A stretch of 64,000 nt of DNA, from NCBI GenBank assembly GCA_965652295.1, contig CBFGTS010000002.1, positions 96,001-160,000 on the forward strand, written 5' to 3'. Made by a program: the position numbers and the translations under genes. This document shows, one piece after another, positions 37,292 through 47,150 of the stretch. Below the pieces are notes generated by a model. That model had not been told where the DNA came from and did not search any database. It worked only from the letters and a program-made list of their open reading frames with translations. The DNA is from an uncultured Haloferula sp. GTDB lineage: Bacteria > Verrucomicrobiota > Verrucomicrobiia > Verrucomicrobiales > Akkermansiaceae. Numbering within the stretch: the first letter of the stretch is position 1; each line of letters opens with the position of its first letter.

Positions 37292-38125
37292 TCACCCCGC
37301 GCATGTCCGGCCCGTCCAGGCCCACAGCGTCGGATCGAGCGCTTCTCTTGCCCCTGCGATCAACCCCGTCACGTCGGCCTCTTCGGCGACCACGGCGAAC
37401 ATCGTCGAACCCGAGCCGCTCATCAACGCCGCCTCGACTCCGTTCTGACTTCGCAACCACTCCTTCACCTCCGCGAGAAACAAGTGCTTTTCAAAGACCG
37501 GACGTTCCAGATCATTGACCAGTTCACCCCACCGGCCTGCCTGCGGAGCGTAATCCACTTCCGGCAACTCCTGGGAGTCCAGCCACCGACCGTAGGCATC
37601 CGGCGTTGAAACCCCGAAACCGGGTTTCAATAGCAGCACCCGTAGCGAGGGCAGTGCCGGCCCCTTTTCGATCACCTCACCCCGTCCTCCCACACGCGCC
37701 ACCGGAGGGCCTAGGAAAAACGGAATGTCCGAGCCAAGGCGGGCTCCGAGAACCCGTAGCGCCGGCCCGTCCAAGCCAGCATCGAAAAGCTCGTTCAGGC
37801 CCGACAACATCGCGGCCGCATCACTGCTTCCTCCTCCCAATCCCGCTCCGTGTGGCACCCGCTTTTCGAGCTTCACCGACACCGCATCGCCCAAGCCCGT
37901 CTCTTTGCGAAAGCATTCCAACGCCCGCAGCACGAGATTGCTGCCATCCGCCGGCACACCGGGCGCGTCGCATTCGAACCGGTCCGCATCCGAGCGCTCG
38001 ATCTCCAACCGATCCGCCAAACCATCGAGCCGGGTCATCACCGAGTCGATCTCGTGGAATCCGTCGTCGCGCCGACGCACGACCCGGAGGGACAGGTTGA
38101 GCTTCGCAGGTGCGTCCAGAATCAC
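37292..38125 (-). CDS. ispE: 4-diphosphocytidyl-2-C-methyl-D-erythritol kinase
   Basis: APAKLNL.L.V..RR.DGFHE, K..P.GAGLGGGSSDAA, LGSD.PFF, NDLE and MSGSGST. Confidence 0.96.
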   Translation of the reverse strand: MILDAPAKLNLSLRVVRRRDDGFHEIDSVMTRLDGLADRLEIERSDADRFECDAPGVPADGSNLVLRALECFRKETGLGDAVSVKLEKRVPHGAGLGGGSSDAAAMLSGLNELFDAGLDGPALRVLGARLGSDIPFFLGPPVARVGGRGEVIEKGPALPSLRVLLLKPGFGVSTPDAYGRWLDSQELPEVDYAPQAGRWGELVNDLERPVFEKHLFLAEVKEWLRSQNGVEAALMSGSGSTMFAVVAEEADVTGLIAGAREALDPTLWAWTGRTCAG

Positions 38126-38132
38126 GCGCGCA

Positions 38133-38843
38133 TCATGCCTCTCCGCCGCACCGGATCAATGCCAACATCCGTCCCGTCCTGCCCTTCTCAATACGATAGC
38201 TGTAGTAGCTTTCCGGATCCGCCGCCGTGTCACACCCGCTGTCGTGAAACTCCCCCACCCCCGCAGCGCTAGCCTGGCGGGCGATCTCAGCCGCGAAGTC
38301 CACCTCGTAATGCGGCGGCCGGATGCACGGGGAAAGCACCGCCACCAGATCCGCCGGACGCGTGCCAAAACGATCGCGCATCGCCGCCACCGCCACCGTC
38401 AGAATTCCCAGTTCCGTGCCCTTCTTACCCGAGTGCAGCAGCCCCACCGCGCCGCTCCCGCGGTCCGCCAGCCAGATCGCTCCGCAGTCCGCCACGTAGA
38501 TTCCCAGCAACTCTCCCGGCACGTTCGTGATCAACCCGTCCACGCCGGGCACCACGGGCATGCCGTCCTCGCCCGGGATCGCTTCCGCCGCCGGAACCAT
38601 TGCCACGCCGGCCCCATGCACCTGCTCCGCCCGCCACCACGCCGACGCTCCCAGGTCCCGCGCCACCACCGCTTCATGAACCGGCAGAAGCCGCCTCAAC
38701 ACCTCACCCCGATCCACGTCCACCTCCACGCCATCCACACGGCCGATCCATCCCGCCTCCACGCCCTCGACGGATCGGAGCGGATTCAGGAAAGCAACCT
38801 CCGTTAAGGATGGCTCGCTGAAATGGAATCGTGTGCTCTCCAC
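38133..38843 (-). CDS. pgeF: YfiH/PgeF-family (laccase-domain) protein
   Basis: EQVHG, DGL.T, ADC..I.L, LHSG.KG, PCI....YEV and YYSYR...TGRM motifs. Confidence 0.85.
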   Translation of the reverse strand: MESTRFHFSEPSLTEVAFLNPLRSVEGVEAGWIGRVDGVEVDVDRGEVLRRLLPVHEAVVARDLGASAWWRAEQVHGAGVAMVPAAEAIPGEDGMPVVPGVDGLITNVPGELLGIYVADCGAIWLADRGSGAVGLLHSGKKGTELGILTVAVAAMRDRFGTRPADLVAVLSPCIRPPHYEVDFAAEIARQASAAGVGEFHDSGCDTAADPESYYSYRIEKGRTGRMLALIRCGGEA

Positions 38844-38943
38844 AGCCCCGGATTTAACCCCGGCTCACCGCCATGGAAAGAACGGACGTCTTTTCCGGAA
38901 TCAGCCCCCGTCACGTCCGCACCTCCAACCTACTGGAGTGCAC

Positions 38944-38985
38944 AAAAAGAAAGCCTCCGCTACGGCCTTGGGCCGCAACGGAGGC
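38944..38985 (-). terminator. Intrinsic terminator after the MarR gene
   Basis: Minus strand GCCTCCGTTGCGGCC-CAA-GGCCGTAGCGGAGGC then TTTCTTTTT. Confidence 0.8.
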
Positions 38986-39031
38986 ATGGAAAACCGACAA
39001 ACGGGGGGAATGTCAGCGATTGGGCATAGCC

Positions 39032-39490
39032 TCAGGCCATTTCACGGCTCTTCAGCGCACGCTTGGTGTGCTCGACCGCTTCGGCTTGGTCCTCGTCCAT
39101 TTCCGCGAGGACACCGGCCAGGTCGCTGGCGATCTCCTTGCGCATTTTGGAAACGAGTTCGACGCCCTTCTGCGTGATGCGAACCATGATCTTCCGGCGA
39201 TCCTCGGCCGCATGGACGCGCTCCACATAGGAGAGCTTTTCCAAACGGTCCACAAGGCCGGTCGCGGCGGCAGTCGAGTGACCCATCTTTTTGGCGATAT
39301 CCGACATGGTCAGATATTCCTCGCTTGCAAGATAGGCCAACAAGAAGAACTGCGGGAACGACACGTTGCCCTTGTTGAGGCTCGTTGAGAGGTTCAGGAT
39401 GCAGCTACGCTGCGTGAAGAGGACGAAGTCGGCTAGGCGGTTAGCATCGGCATGCAGGGAAGGGCTTTCGCCCGGGGTGCTCAGTTTCAT
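39032..39490 (-). CDS. MarR-family transcriptional regulator
   Basis: SFPQFFLL, TMSDIAK, T.LVDRLE...YVER....DRR...V.IT.KG winged HTH. Confidence 0.92.
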   Translation of the reverse strand: MKLSTPGESPSLHADANRLADFVLFTQRSCILNLSTSLNKGNVSFPQFFLLAYLASEEYLTMSDIAKKMGHSTAAATGLVDRLEKLSYVERVHAAEDRRKIMVRITQKGVELVSKMRKEIASDLAGVLAEMDEDQAEAVEHTKRALKSREMA

Positions 39491-39669
39491 GGCTGGTTGT
39501 AGTGTTCATGGTTCGGGACAAGTAAGGGAGCACAGCCTTTGCGGTGCGGAGACTAGCAACCGCTGCGGACCGTAAGCAAGGATTAATTATAAAAAATCCG
39601 CATTCTACCTCGCCCCGCACGCCCGGCTGCATCTCCGAATACGCCTTCTAACGCGAAAAGTTTTGAAAC

Positions 39670-40071
39670 TCAGGGACCTGCCGCCGGCGGGGCCGCTGCC
39701 GGGATGGGAGGTTCCGGCGTTTCATCCGCCTCCTCCCCGGGCATCGGTCGGGCATAAACGGCGTCCCCCACCGCCACCGTTCCACCGTGGATGTCCGCGG
39801 CCGCAAACCGTCCCAACCGCTCTCCGCTCACCTTCAAGGAGCCCGCCCGCCCTTCGGGGCCGTGCGTCGTCAGGAGCAGATCCCGACCGAGCTGCACCTC
39901 GCCGAAGGTCTCCACCAGCACGAAGTCGTCCCCCCGGTGGACCGAAGCCACCTTGCCCACCAACCGCGGCCGCGTAGCCGAAGCAGGCTCCGCGTCCTCC
40001 TCCGAGTCCGCGCTCCCGCACGAAGCGCAACCGAGCACCAGCAGAACGATCCATGGAAGCCATCGCAACAT
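39670..40071 (-). CDS. Hypothetical lipoprotein
   Basis: MLRWLPWIVLLVLGCASC lipoprotein signal; small beta domain; Pro-rich tail. Confidence 0.7.
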   Translation of the reverse strand: MLRWLPWIVLLVLGCASCGSADSEEDAEPASATRPRLVGKVASVHRGDDFVLVETFGEVQLGRDLLLTTHGPEGRAGSLKVSGERLGRFAAADIHGGTVAVGDAVYARPMPGEEADETPEPPIPAAAPPAAGP

Positions 40072-40191
40072 GCCCTTCACCCCACACCAGCGGCTTCGCT
40101 CATGCAAGCCATCGGAAAACCTGAAAATGTTTCGCCGAACCGATTGACGCGAACCTCCGGCTGTGGTTCAACCCGTCCGACCCCAACCTAC

Positions 40192-40282
40192 GGATCGGTG
40201 GCTGAGTGGTCGAAAGCACACCTTTGCTAAAGGTGCGTACCTCAAAAGGGTACCGAGGGTTCGAATCCCTCCCGGTCCGCCA
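40192..40282 (+). tRNA. tRNA-Ser (anticodon GCU)
   Basis: GGATCGGTGGCTGAGTGGTCGAAAGCA-CACCT-TTGCTAA-AGGTG, long variable arm, GAGGGTTCGAATCCCTC-CCGGTCC-GCCA; CCA encoded. Confidence 0.96.
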
Positions 40283-40555
40283 CGACCCCTGCTCAACTCG
40301 CTTGGGCAGGGGTCGTGGCGTTCTGGAGTGGGAGGCAGTCCCTACCGAAGCGAAGCGCAGGAGGGTTTAAAACGGGAAGCCGATCGCATCGGCGACATCC
40401 TCCGGCGAACGCAGCGAGCGAAACAGGTTTGGCGTGAGGAGCCAGCGACGAGGGCCATTCAGCGGGAGCTTCGCGACCGGTTCCTTCCCTGCGAGCGGCC
40501 CGAGCACATCCTGGAATGGCCGGAGCGGAGCGAAGGTAATCCCTCCCGGTCCGCC
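40264..40555 (+). repeat. tRNA-linked element bounded by 18-bp direct repeats of the tRNA-Ser 3' end
   Basis: AATCCCTCCCGGTCCGCC at 40264..40281 and 40538..40555; interior has GCGAAGC-type motifs and several stems. Confidence 0.8.
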
Positions 40556-40678
40556 GGTTGCGCGCCCTCCAGCGGCCCAACCAATTTTTCCCCAAGGTGC
40601 GAATTGCCTTGCTTCCCGGGCCGATCCGGGTCAGTGCCTCTCCGTGGTCCGCGCCCTGGCATGTTCAAGGCATGGAGT

Positions 40679-40777
40679 GTTGCCAGGTGAGTTTAGCGAT
40701 TCGGTGGTAATCTGAGACCCGACCAGCGGGAACAGTCTGCGAGATACGATAGGAAATTAGGCGGACCACCTGACAAC
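40679..40777 (+). promoter_or_regulatory. Structured 5' leader of the RRM gene
   Basis: GTTGCCAGGTG (40679..40689) pairs with CACCTGACAAC (40767..40777), ending 1 nt before the ATG. Confidence 0.5.
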
Positions 40778-40778
40778 G

Positions 40779-41156
40779 ATGAAAATGTACGTGGGGAATC
40801 TCCCTTTTGATACGAACGACCAAGACCTCCGCAGCCTGTTCTCCGAATACGGAGCCGTGACGGATGTCCACATGCCTTCAGACCGCGAAACGGGTCGCCC
40901 CCGCGGTTTTGCCTTCGTGACCATGGACACGAAGGACGCCATGGAAGCTGCAATCAAGGGCCTTGACGGCCAGGATTTCCACGGCCGTGCCCTCCGCATC
41001 AATGAAGCCCGTGACCGCGAAGAACGCGGCGGTGGTGGTGGTGGCGGCGGATACGGTGGTGGCGGCGGCGGTGGCCAACGCCGCGGCGGTGGTGGTGGCG
41101 GCGGTGGCGGTGGCTACCGCGGCGGTGGTGGTGGTGGCGGCGGACGCCGCTGGTAA
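40779..41156 (+). CDS. RNA-binding protein (single RRM, Gly-rich tail)
   Basis: RNP2 MYVGNL and RNP1 RGFAFVTM; poly-Gly/RGG tail ending RRW. Confidence 0.95.
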   Translation: MKMYVGNLPFDTNDQDLRSLFSEYGAVTDVHMPSDRETGRPRGFAFVTMDTKDAMEAAIKGLDGQDFHGRALRINEARDREERGGGGGGGGYGGGGGGGQRRGGGGGGGGGGYRGGGGGGGGRRW

Positions 41157-41181
41157 CACCCAGCCTCGACCTTCTATTTCA

Positions 41182-41218
41182 AGGCGGTGTCTCCCTCTGG
41201 GGGCACCGCCTCTTTCTT
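41182..41218 (+). terminator. Intrinsic terminator after the RRM gene
   Basis: AGGCGGTGTCTCC-CTCT-GGGGGCACCGCCT then CTTTCTT. Confidence 0.75.
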
Positions 41219-41307
41219 GCGGGCGCATCATCGCGACGACCGGAAGCCATCCATCCCCGTCGGATTGATCTTCCGGCAAAAAGCGGCGATGAGTCGTCGC
41301 GCTCCCT

Positions 41308-42135
41308 ATGCCCGACTTCGCCGCCATCGCCCGCGAACTCCACCACACACCCGCCGGCTCGCCGCGGAGCGTTTCCGGCGGCTGCATCCACGAAAGCTAC
41401 CTGTGGGGCGGTTGGTTCATCAAAACCAACTCGGTCGATCAGAGCGACAACTTCCGCGCTGAAGCGGAGGGTTTGAGCGCGCTCGCCACCACCGGTGCGA
41501 TCCGGGTGCCGGAGGTGATTGGACGAGGCGTCACCGGTGATCTGGCCTGGCTCGTTCTGGAGGCGCTCGATCTTCATTCCTCCGGCGACGAAGCGCTCCT
41601 CGGCGAGCAGCTCGCCGCCCTGCACTCGGTCAAAGCGGAAGCCTACGGATTTCCCCACGACAACTACCTGGGAACCACGCCGCAGGCGAACCCCCTCACG
41701 GATTCCTGGCCTGTGTTCTTCCGGGACCAGCGGCTCGGACGCCTGATCGGGCTCCTCCGCCAGCAAGACTCCCCACTTCCCGAGGCCGATGCCTTTCTTG
41801 AAAAACTCCCCTCGCTCCTTCCTGTCGATCCTCCGCCCGCCCTGCTGCACGGCGATCTCTGGGGCGGGAACAAGGGATTCCTCGCCGACGGCACACCCGT
41901 GGTTTTCGATCCCGCCGTCTATCACGGCGATGCCGAAACGGATCTCGCCATGACGCGGCTTTTCGGTGGTTTCGGCCCTCGTTTCTATCAAGCCTACCGG
42001 CACCATCGGCCGGCGCCCGAAAACGAAGCCACCCTCCATGGGATCTACAACCTCTACCACCTTCTCAACCACGCGCTGCTCTTCGGCGGTGGCTATCTTT
42101 CGGAGGCTCGCAGCCACATGCGCCGTTTCCTGTAG
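41308..42135 (+). CDS. Fructosamine kinase family protein
   Basis: VSGGCI, F.AE..GL.AL, LA.LH, YGF..DNY.G...Q.N, LLHGDLWGGN, DPAVY.G..E.DLAM..LFGGF and Y.LYHLLNH..LFG..Y. Confidence 0.93.
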   Translation: MPDFAAIARELHHTPAGSPRSVSGGCIHESYLWGGWFIKTNSVDQSDNFRAEAEGLSALATTGAIRVPEVIGRGVTGDLAWLVLEALDLHSSGDEALLGEQLAALHSVKAEAYGFPHDNYLGTTPQANPLTDSWPVFFRDQRLGRLIGLLRQQDSPLPEADAFLEKLPSLLPVDPPPALLHGDLWGGNKGFLADGTPVVFDPAVYHGDAETDLAMTRLFGGFGPRFYQAYRHHRPAPENEATLHGIYNLYHLLNHALLFGGGYLSEARSHMRRFL

Positions 42136-42805
42136 TCTCTTTTCGTGCGCTCGCGACCCTCTCACGATTCCGCCGCCGGCCACCCACGTCACCCGCTCCG
42201 AGGCGATCGCCACCGCCCATGCTTACACGCAGGTGAAATGGATGCCGGAAAGCCGCCACGTGCGGCACGGCGAGGACCCGGATGGCATTCTTGTTCACAC
42301 GCCGGACAGGTCCCTCTCCGACCACGGCTTCGCCAACGGCTGGTGGGCACCCGGCCGGCCCGCCCTCGGCATGGCCTACCAGTGGGGCGGCTTCGACACG
42401 CCATCGGAGTTCCTCGGCTCGCTCGATCGGGGTGAAGTGGCGGGCGACATCTCCACCGCAGCCAAGCGCCGCCTCGGAGATGCCGGCGCCAGCGCCCACG
42501 CTTGTGGCATCGACTGCTCCGGTCTCGTCTCCCGCTGCTGGCGCCTCGCCCGTCCGCATTCCACCCGGGAGCTGCCATCGATTTGCCAGCGGCTGGCAGC
42601 CTGGGAGCACCTCGCGCCCGGAGACATCCTTCTCAACGACCGCCACGTCGTCCTCTTCGCCGGCTGGGATCGCGGTGGAAAAAGCATCCTCGCCTACGAA
42701 GCGGGACCCTTCCCCGTCTGGCGGGTCAACGCTGCCTCCATCCCGGTTTCCAAACTCCTCCGGGAAGGCTACGCGCCCTGGCGGTATCGAGGCATCCGGG
42801 ACTAA
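42089..42805 (+). CDS. NlpC/P60-like lipoprotein (cysteine hydrolase)
   Basis: Lipobox LFSC after a GTG start; YQWGG, GIDCSGLV, L.PGDIL and HVVL motifs. Confidence 0.75.
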   Translation: MAIFRRLAATCAVSCSLFSCARDPLTIPPPATHVTRSEAIATAHAYTQVKWMPESRHVRHGEDPDGILVHTPDRSLSDHGFANGWWAPGRPALGMAYQWGGFDTPSEFLGSLDRGEVAGDISTAAKRRLGDAGASAHACGIDCSGLVSRCWRLARPHSTRELPSICQRLAAWEHLAPGDILLNDRHVVLFAGWDRGGKSILAYEAGPFPVWRVNAASIPVSKLLREGYAPWRYRGIRD

Positions 42806-42901
42806 AGCCGGTTATGCTCTTCCTCCCATCCTCTTCGGCCGGGCATCGTTTCAAGCGCAATCCCCCTTGCCTCCGGCCCGCCCTCCGGCATGCTCCCCGC
42901 C

Positions 42902-43690
42902 ATGCAAACTGCTGCTTTCCTCAAGGATATGTTCGGGCTTCAGGGCAAGACGGCCGTCGTCATCGGCGGCACGGGTGAACTTTGCGGAGTCATGGCCGAG
43001 GGTCTCGCCCACGCCGGCTGCGAAGTCGTCCTCGTCGGCCGCATTCGCGAAAAGGGTGAGAAGAAACTCGAGCGCATCCACGAGTTCGGCGGCAAGGGCT
43101 ATTTCATGCCGGTCGATGTCACCTCCACCGAGTCGATGCAGTCACTCCTCAATGAGGTCGTGAAGAAGTCCGGCCAGATCGACATCCTCGTCAACGGAGC
43201 CGGTATCAACGCGCCCACCCCCTTCCTCGACATTCCGGAGGACGAGTTCCACCGCATCATCGACACCAACCTCACCGCCGTATTCCGTGCCTGCCAGGTG
43301 TTCGGCCGCTATTTCATTGAGAACGAAGTACCCGCCTCGGTCATCAACCTCGGCTCCATGTCCGGGATCGTCCCCCTCAGCCGCGTATTCACCTACTCCG
43401 CCACCAAGGCCGCTGTTCACAATCTGTCCAAAAACCTCGCCCGCGAGTGGGCCGAAAACTCCATCCGCGTCAACACGCTCGTCCCGGGGTTCTTCCCCGC
43501 CGAGCAGAACCGCAAGGTGCTCGATGAAAGCCGGGTGCTCGACATCCTGCGCCAGACTCCCATGAGCCGCTTCGGCAACCCCGAGGAACTCATCGGTGCC
43601 ACCCTTCTTCTCGCCTCCAATCGCGCCGGTTCCTTCATCACCGGCACCGAAATCGTTGTCGATGGCGGCTTCAACGCGATGAAGATCTGA
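42902..43690 (+). CDS. SDR family oxidoreductase (sugar-acid dehydrogenase-like)
   Basis: GGTGELC NAD-binding variant, [13 protein letters not shown] catalytic motif and RVN.L.PGFF. Confidence 0.92.
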   Translation: MQTAAFLKDMFGLQGKTAVVIGGTGELCGVMAEGLAHAGCEVVLVGRIREKGEKKLERIHEFGGKGYFMPVDVTSTESMQSLLNEVVKKSGQIDILVNGAGINAPTPFLDIPEDEFHRIIDTNLTAVFRACQVFGRYFIENEVPASVINLGSMSGIVPLSRVFTYSATKAAVHNLSKNLAREWAENSIRVNTLVPGFFPAEQNRKVLDESRVLDILRQTPMSRFGNPEELIGATLLLASNRAGSFITGTEIVVDGGFNAMKI

Positions 43691-43845
43691 GCCTTCGACG
43701 ACTTCCCCGCCCTTCCGTCTTCGGGCCTTGCCTGTGCGCGGACCGATGAGAAATTGGTTCCGCCGTGCGGCTTGCACCGGGGAGACCCGCGGTGTAAAGA
43801 CGCCGCCCCGTCCGGTGCGCCACCGGCCGCGAACCCAGCTTTCCC

Positions 43846-46800
43846 ATGATCAAGTGGATCCTCCAAAAAATCGTTGGCTCGAAAAACCAACGTGAACTGA
43901 AGCGCATCCGCCCCACCGTCGGGCGGATCAACGAAATCGAAGAAGCGCTCCAGAACGAGCCCGAAGAAAAACTCCGCGAGCTGACCGCGAAATGGCGCGA
44001 CCACCTCGCCCGCTATCACGAGCTGCACGCGCCGACCAAGCCGCAGCTCGAGCGTGCCGACACCGCCCAGCTCGAAGAGGCCGCCGCCGCCGTCGAGGCC
44101 CGGCTCGCCCGCCTGCGCGAGGAATTTCCCTCGCTGCCGGAATCGGTGGAGCCCAGCGCCGAATCGATCGAGGCCGCCAAGGCCGCCTTCCGCGCGATCG
44201 AAGACCAGTTCCCGAGATCCCGCGCCCGCTACCTCGACCAGATTCTCCCCGAGGCCTACGCCGTGGTGAAGAACGCCGCCCGCCGTCTGTGCGGATCGAC
44301 CATTTCGGTCTGCGATCAGCAACTGCCGTGGGAGATGGTTCATTTCGACGTGCAGCTTGTCGGCGGCATCGCGCTGCATCGCGGGATGATCGCGGAAATG
44401 CAAACCGGTGAGGGCAAGACGCTGGTCGCCACCCTGCCCGTTTTCCTCAACGCCCTGACCGGCCTCGGCGTCCACGTCGTCACGGTCAACGACTACCTCG
44501 CCCGCCGGGACTCCGAGTGGATGGGGGCCGTATTCAAATACCTCGGCCTCACCGTCGGCTGCATCCAGAATCAGATGCCCCCGTGGGAGCGCCGCGAGCA
44601 ATACGCCTGCGACATCACCTACGGCACCAACGCCGAGTTCGGCTTCGACTATCTGCGCGACAACGGCATGGCCGGCTCGAAGGACGACCAGGTCCAGCGC
44701 GGTCACTATTTCGCGATCATCGACGAAGTGGACTCCATCCTCATCGACGAAGCGCGGACGCCGCTCATCATCTCGGGGCCCTCAACGGTTTCCAGTCATC
44801 AGTTTGATCGCTACAAGCCGCTCGTCGAGCAGCTCGTGAAGCGTCAGACGCTGCTTTGCAACGAGCTCGTCAACGAGGCCAAGGATCTGGTCGAGTCCGA
44901 CCCCGAGGGTGCCGGCCGCCGCCTGTTCAAGGTCAAGCTCGGCCAGCCCCGCAACCGCCAACTCATGCGCCTGATGCAGGAGCCGGACATCCGACGCCTG
45001 TTGGAGAAAACCGAACTCTCGTTCTATCAGGACGCGCAGAAGAAGGAACTCTTCGAGATCAAGGAGGAGCTTTATTTCACCATCGATGAGAAGGCGAACG
45101 ACGCCGACCTCATGGAAAGGGGCCGCGAGTTTCTCGCCCCCGGAGACCCCGAGTCCTTCGTGCTGCCCGACCTCGGCTCCCTGCTGGCGGAAATCGATGC
45201 CGACCCGGAACTCACCGACGAGCAGCGCCTCGCCCACAAGGAGGAAGCCCAGAACCGCATGGATCATCAGGCGGAGAAGATGCACAACATCTCCCAGCTC
45301 CTGAAGGCCTACTGCGTGTTCGAAAAGGACGTCCAGTACGTCGTCGAAGACGGCAAGGTGATGATCGTTGATGAAAACACCGGCCGGAAGATGCCCGGCC
45401 GGCGCTGGTCGGACGGCCTTCACCAGGCCGTCGAGGCGAAGGAAGGCGTGGTCATCGAAAAGGAGACTCAGACCTACGCGACCATCACCATCCAGAATTA
45501 CTTCCGTCTTTACGAGAAACTCGCGGGCATGACCGGCACCGCCGAAACGGAGGCCGCCGAGTTTTCCGACATCTACCGGCTCGACGTCCTGCCGATCCCG
45601 ACCAACCGGCCCAACCAGCGCAAGGACCACAACGATCAGGTTTTCAAGACCCGCCGCGAGAAGTACAACGCGGTGATCAAGAAGATCGAGGAAGCCCACA
45701 CGAAGGGCCAGCCGGTCCTCGTCGGCACCGCCTCGGTTGAGGCCTCGGAGACCGTCTCTCGCATGCTCCAGCGCGCCCGCATCCCGCACGAGGTGCTCAA
45801 CGCGAAGAACCACGCCCGCGAGGCCGACATCGTCACCGCCGCCGGTCAGCACGGCGCGGTCACCATTTCCACCAACATGGCCGGCCGCGGCACCGACATC
45901 AAACTCGGCCAGGGCGTCGCCGATCTCGGCGGCCTGTTCGTGATCGCCACCGAGCGCTACGAATCCCGCCGCGTCGATCGCCAGCTCCGCGGCCGTTGCG
46001 CCCGTCAGGGCGACCCCGGAATGAGCCAGTTCTTCATCTCCTTCGAGGACGACCTGATGCGGAACTTCGCCGCCGCCGACCGCATGACCAACATGATGGA
46101 GCGATTCGGCATGGAGGAAGGCGAAGCGCTCGAGCACTCGTGGCTCAACAAATCGGTCGAAACCGCGCAGAAGCGCGTCGAGCAACGCAACTACACCTGG
46201 CGGAAGCGCATTCTCGAATTCGACGACGTGATGAACCAGCAGCGGACCGTCGTTTACGGCTACCGCAACGAGGTCCTCACCACCGAGGATCCGCGGGAGC
46301 TGGTCAACGAAATCATCGAGAAAGCCATCTCGGCCAAGGTCGAAGAGTATCTCAGCGAACGCGACGAGGAATCGCCCGATTACAACGAGTTGCTCCACTG
46401 GGTGAACGCCACGCTGCCGATCCGCATCACGCCGGAAGAACTGCAGATCGAAAACGCGAGTGCCGAATCCATCACCGAACTCATCGTTGCCAAGGTCAAG
46501 GAGCTCTACGAAGCCCGGGTCGGCAACCTGCCGCCGGAGATTCTCGAAAACGAGGAGCGCCGGATGATCATGGCCGCCGTCGACAAGCAGTGGCAGGCCC
46601 ACCTTTACAACATGGACGCCTTGCGCGAAGGCATCTCGTTCCGTGCCCAGGGCCAGAAGGACCCGCTCATCGAGTATAAAAACGAGGCCTACAAGCTCTT
46701 CGTCGATCTCATGGGCAGCATCGATCAGGAAGCCCTGCACAACCTTTTCCGCTCGGCGAGCCGCATCGAAGATTTCCTTCGCCAGCAATTCGCCTCGATG

Positions 46801-47016
46801 CAGGAGCGTCACGCGCCGGTGCCGAACCAGAATATTGCGTCCACCGGGAATTCCGGAAACATCGCCCCGGAAGCGATGGGTGGATCCGGTGAACTGAAAC
46901 TCAATCTACCCAAGCGCCGCCCGCCGAGCTTCAACATCGACACGGTCGGCCGCAACGCCGCCTGCCCGTGCGGCTCAGGCAAGAAATTCAAGCAATGCTG
47001 TGGCCGCGAGGCGTGA
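43846..47016 (+). CDS. secA: Preprotein translocase ATPase SecA
   Basis: EMQTGEGKT, DEVDSILIDEARTPLIISG, GLHQA.EAKE, TNMAGRGTDI, RQGDPG and C-terminal SEC-C GRN..CPCGSGKK.K.CC. Confidence 0.98.
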   Translation: MIKWILQKIVGSKNQRELKRIRPTVGRINEIEEALQNEPEEKLRELTAKWRDHLARYHELHAPTKPQLERADTAQLEEAAAAVEARLARLREEFPSLPESVEPSAESIEAAKAAFRAIEDQFPRSRARYLDQILPEAYAVVKNAARRLCGSTISVCDQQLPWEMVHFDVQLVGGIALHRGMIAEMQTGEGKTLVATLPVFLNALTGLGVHVVTVNDYLARRDSEWMGAVFKYLGLTVGCIQNQMPPWERREQYACDITYGTNAEFGFDYLRDNGMAGSKDDQVQRGHYFAIIDEVDSILIDEARTPLIISGPSTVSSHQFDRYKPLVEQLVKRQTLLCNELVNEAKDLVESDPEGAGRRLFKVKLGQPRNRQLMRLMQEPDIRRLLEKTELSFYQDAQKKELFEIKEELYFTIDEKANDADLMERGREFLAPGDPESFVLPDLGSLLAEIDADPELTDEQRLAHKEEAQNRMDHQAEKMHNISQLLKAYCVFEKDVQYVVEDGKVMIVDENTGRKMPGRRWSDGLHQAVEAKEGVVIEKETQTYATITIQNYFRLYEKLAGMTGTAETEAAEFSDIYRLDVLPIPTNRPNQRKDHNDQVFKTRREKYNAVIKKIEEAHTKGQPVLVGTASVEASETVSRMLQRARIPHEVLNAKNHAREADIVTAAGQHGAVTISTNMAGRGTDIKLGQGVADLGGLFVIATERYESRRVDRQLRGRCARQGDPGMSQFFISFEDDLMRNFAAADRMTNMMERFGMEEGEALEHSWLNKSVETAQKRVEQRNYTWRKRILEFDDVMNQQRTVVYGYRNEVLTTEDPRELVNEIIEKAISAKVEEYLSERDEESPDYNELLHWVNATLPIRITPEELQIENASAESITELIVAKVKELYEARVGNLPPEILENEERRMIMAAVDKQWQAHLYNMDALREGISFRAQGQKDPLIEYKNEAYKLFVDLMGSIDQEALHNLFRSASRIEDFLRQQFASMQERHAPVPNQNIASTGNSGNIAPEAMGGSGELKLNLPKRRPPSFNIDTVGRNAACPCGSGKKFKQCCGREA

Positions 47017-47088
47017 AGCCCGTTCCACACGCCCGGAATACTTCACCTTTCCGAAATACCGGGCCGGATTTCCGTTGAAACTCCTCAC

Positions 47089-47116
47089 TTGACAACAAGG
47101 GTTGCGCGGGTAGCCT
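47089..47116 (+). promoter_or_regulatory. Putative sigma70 promoter of rpsU
   Basis: TTGACA, 16-bp spacer, TAGCCT. Confidence 0.55.
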
Positions 47117-47150
47117 CCGCGCCCCGACTCGAAAGGACGAACTGATTCAC

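Noticed and set aside
40163..40690. 175-aa ORF spanning tRNA-Ser and the repeat element
   Set aside because: It overlaps a tRNA and structured non-coding sequence and has no protein features.
41027..41145. (GGT/GGC)n tract as a microsatellite or phase-variation repeat
   Set aside because: It simply encodes the Gly-rich tail typical of RRM proteins.
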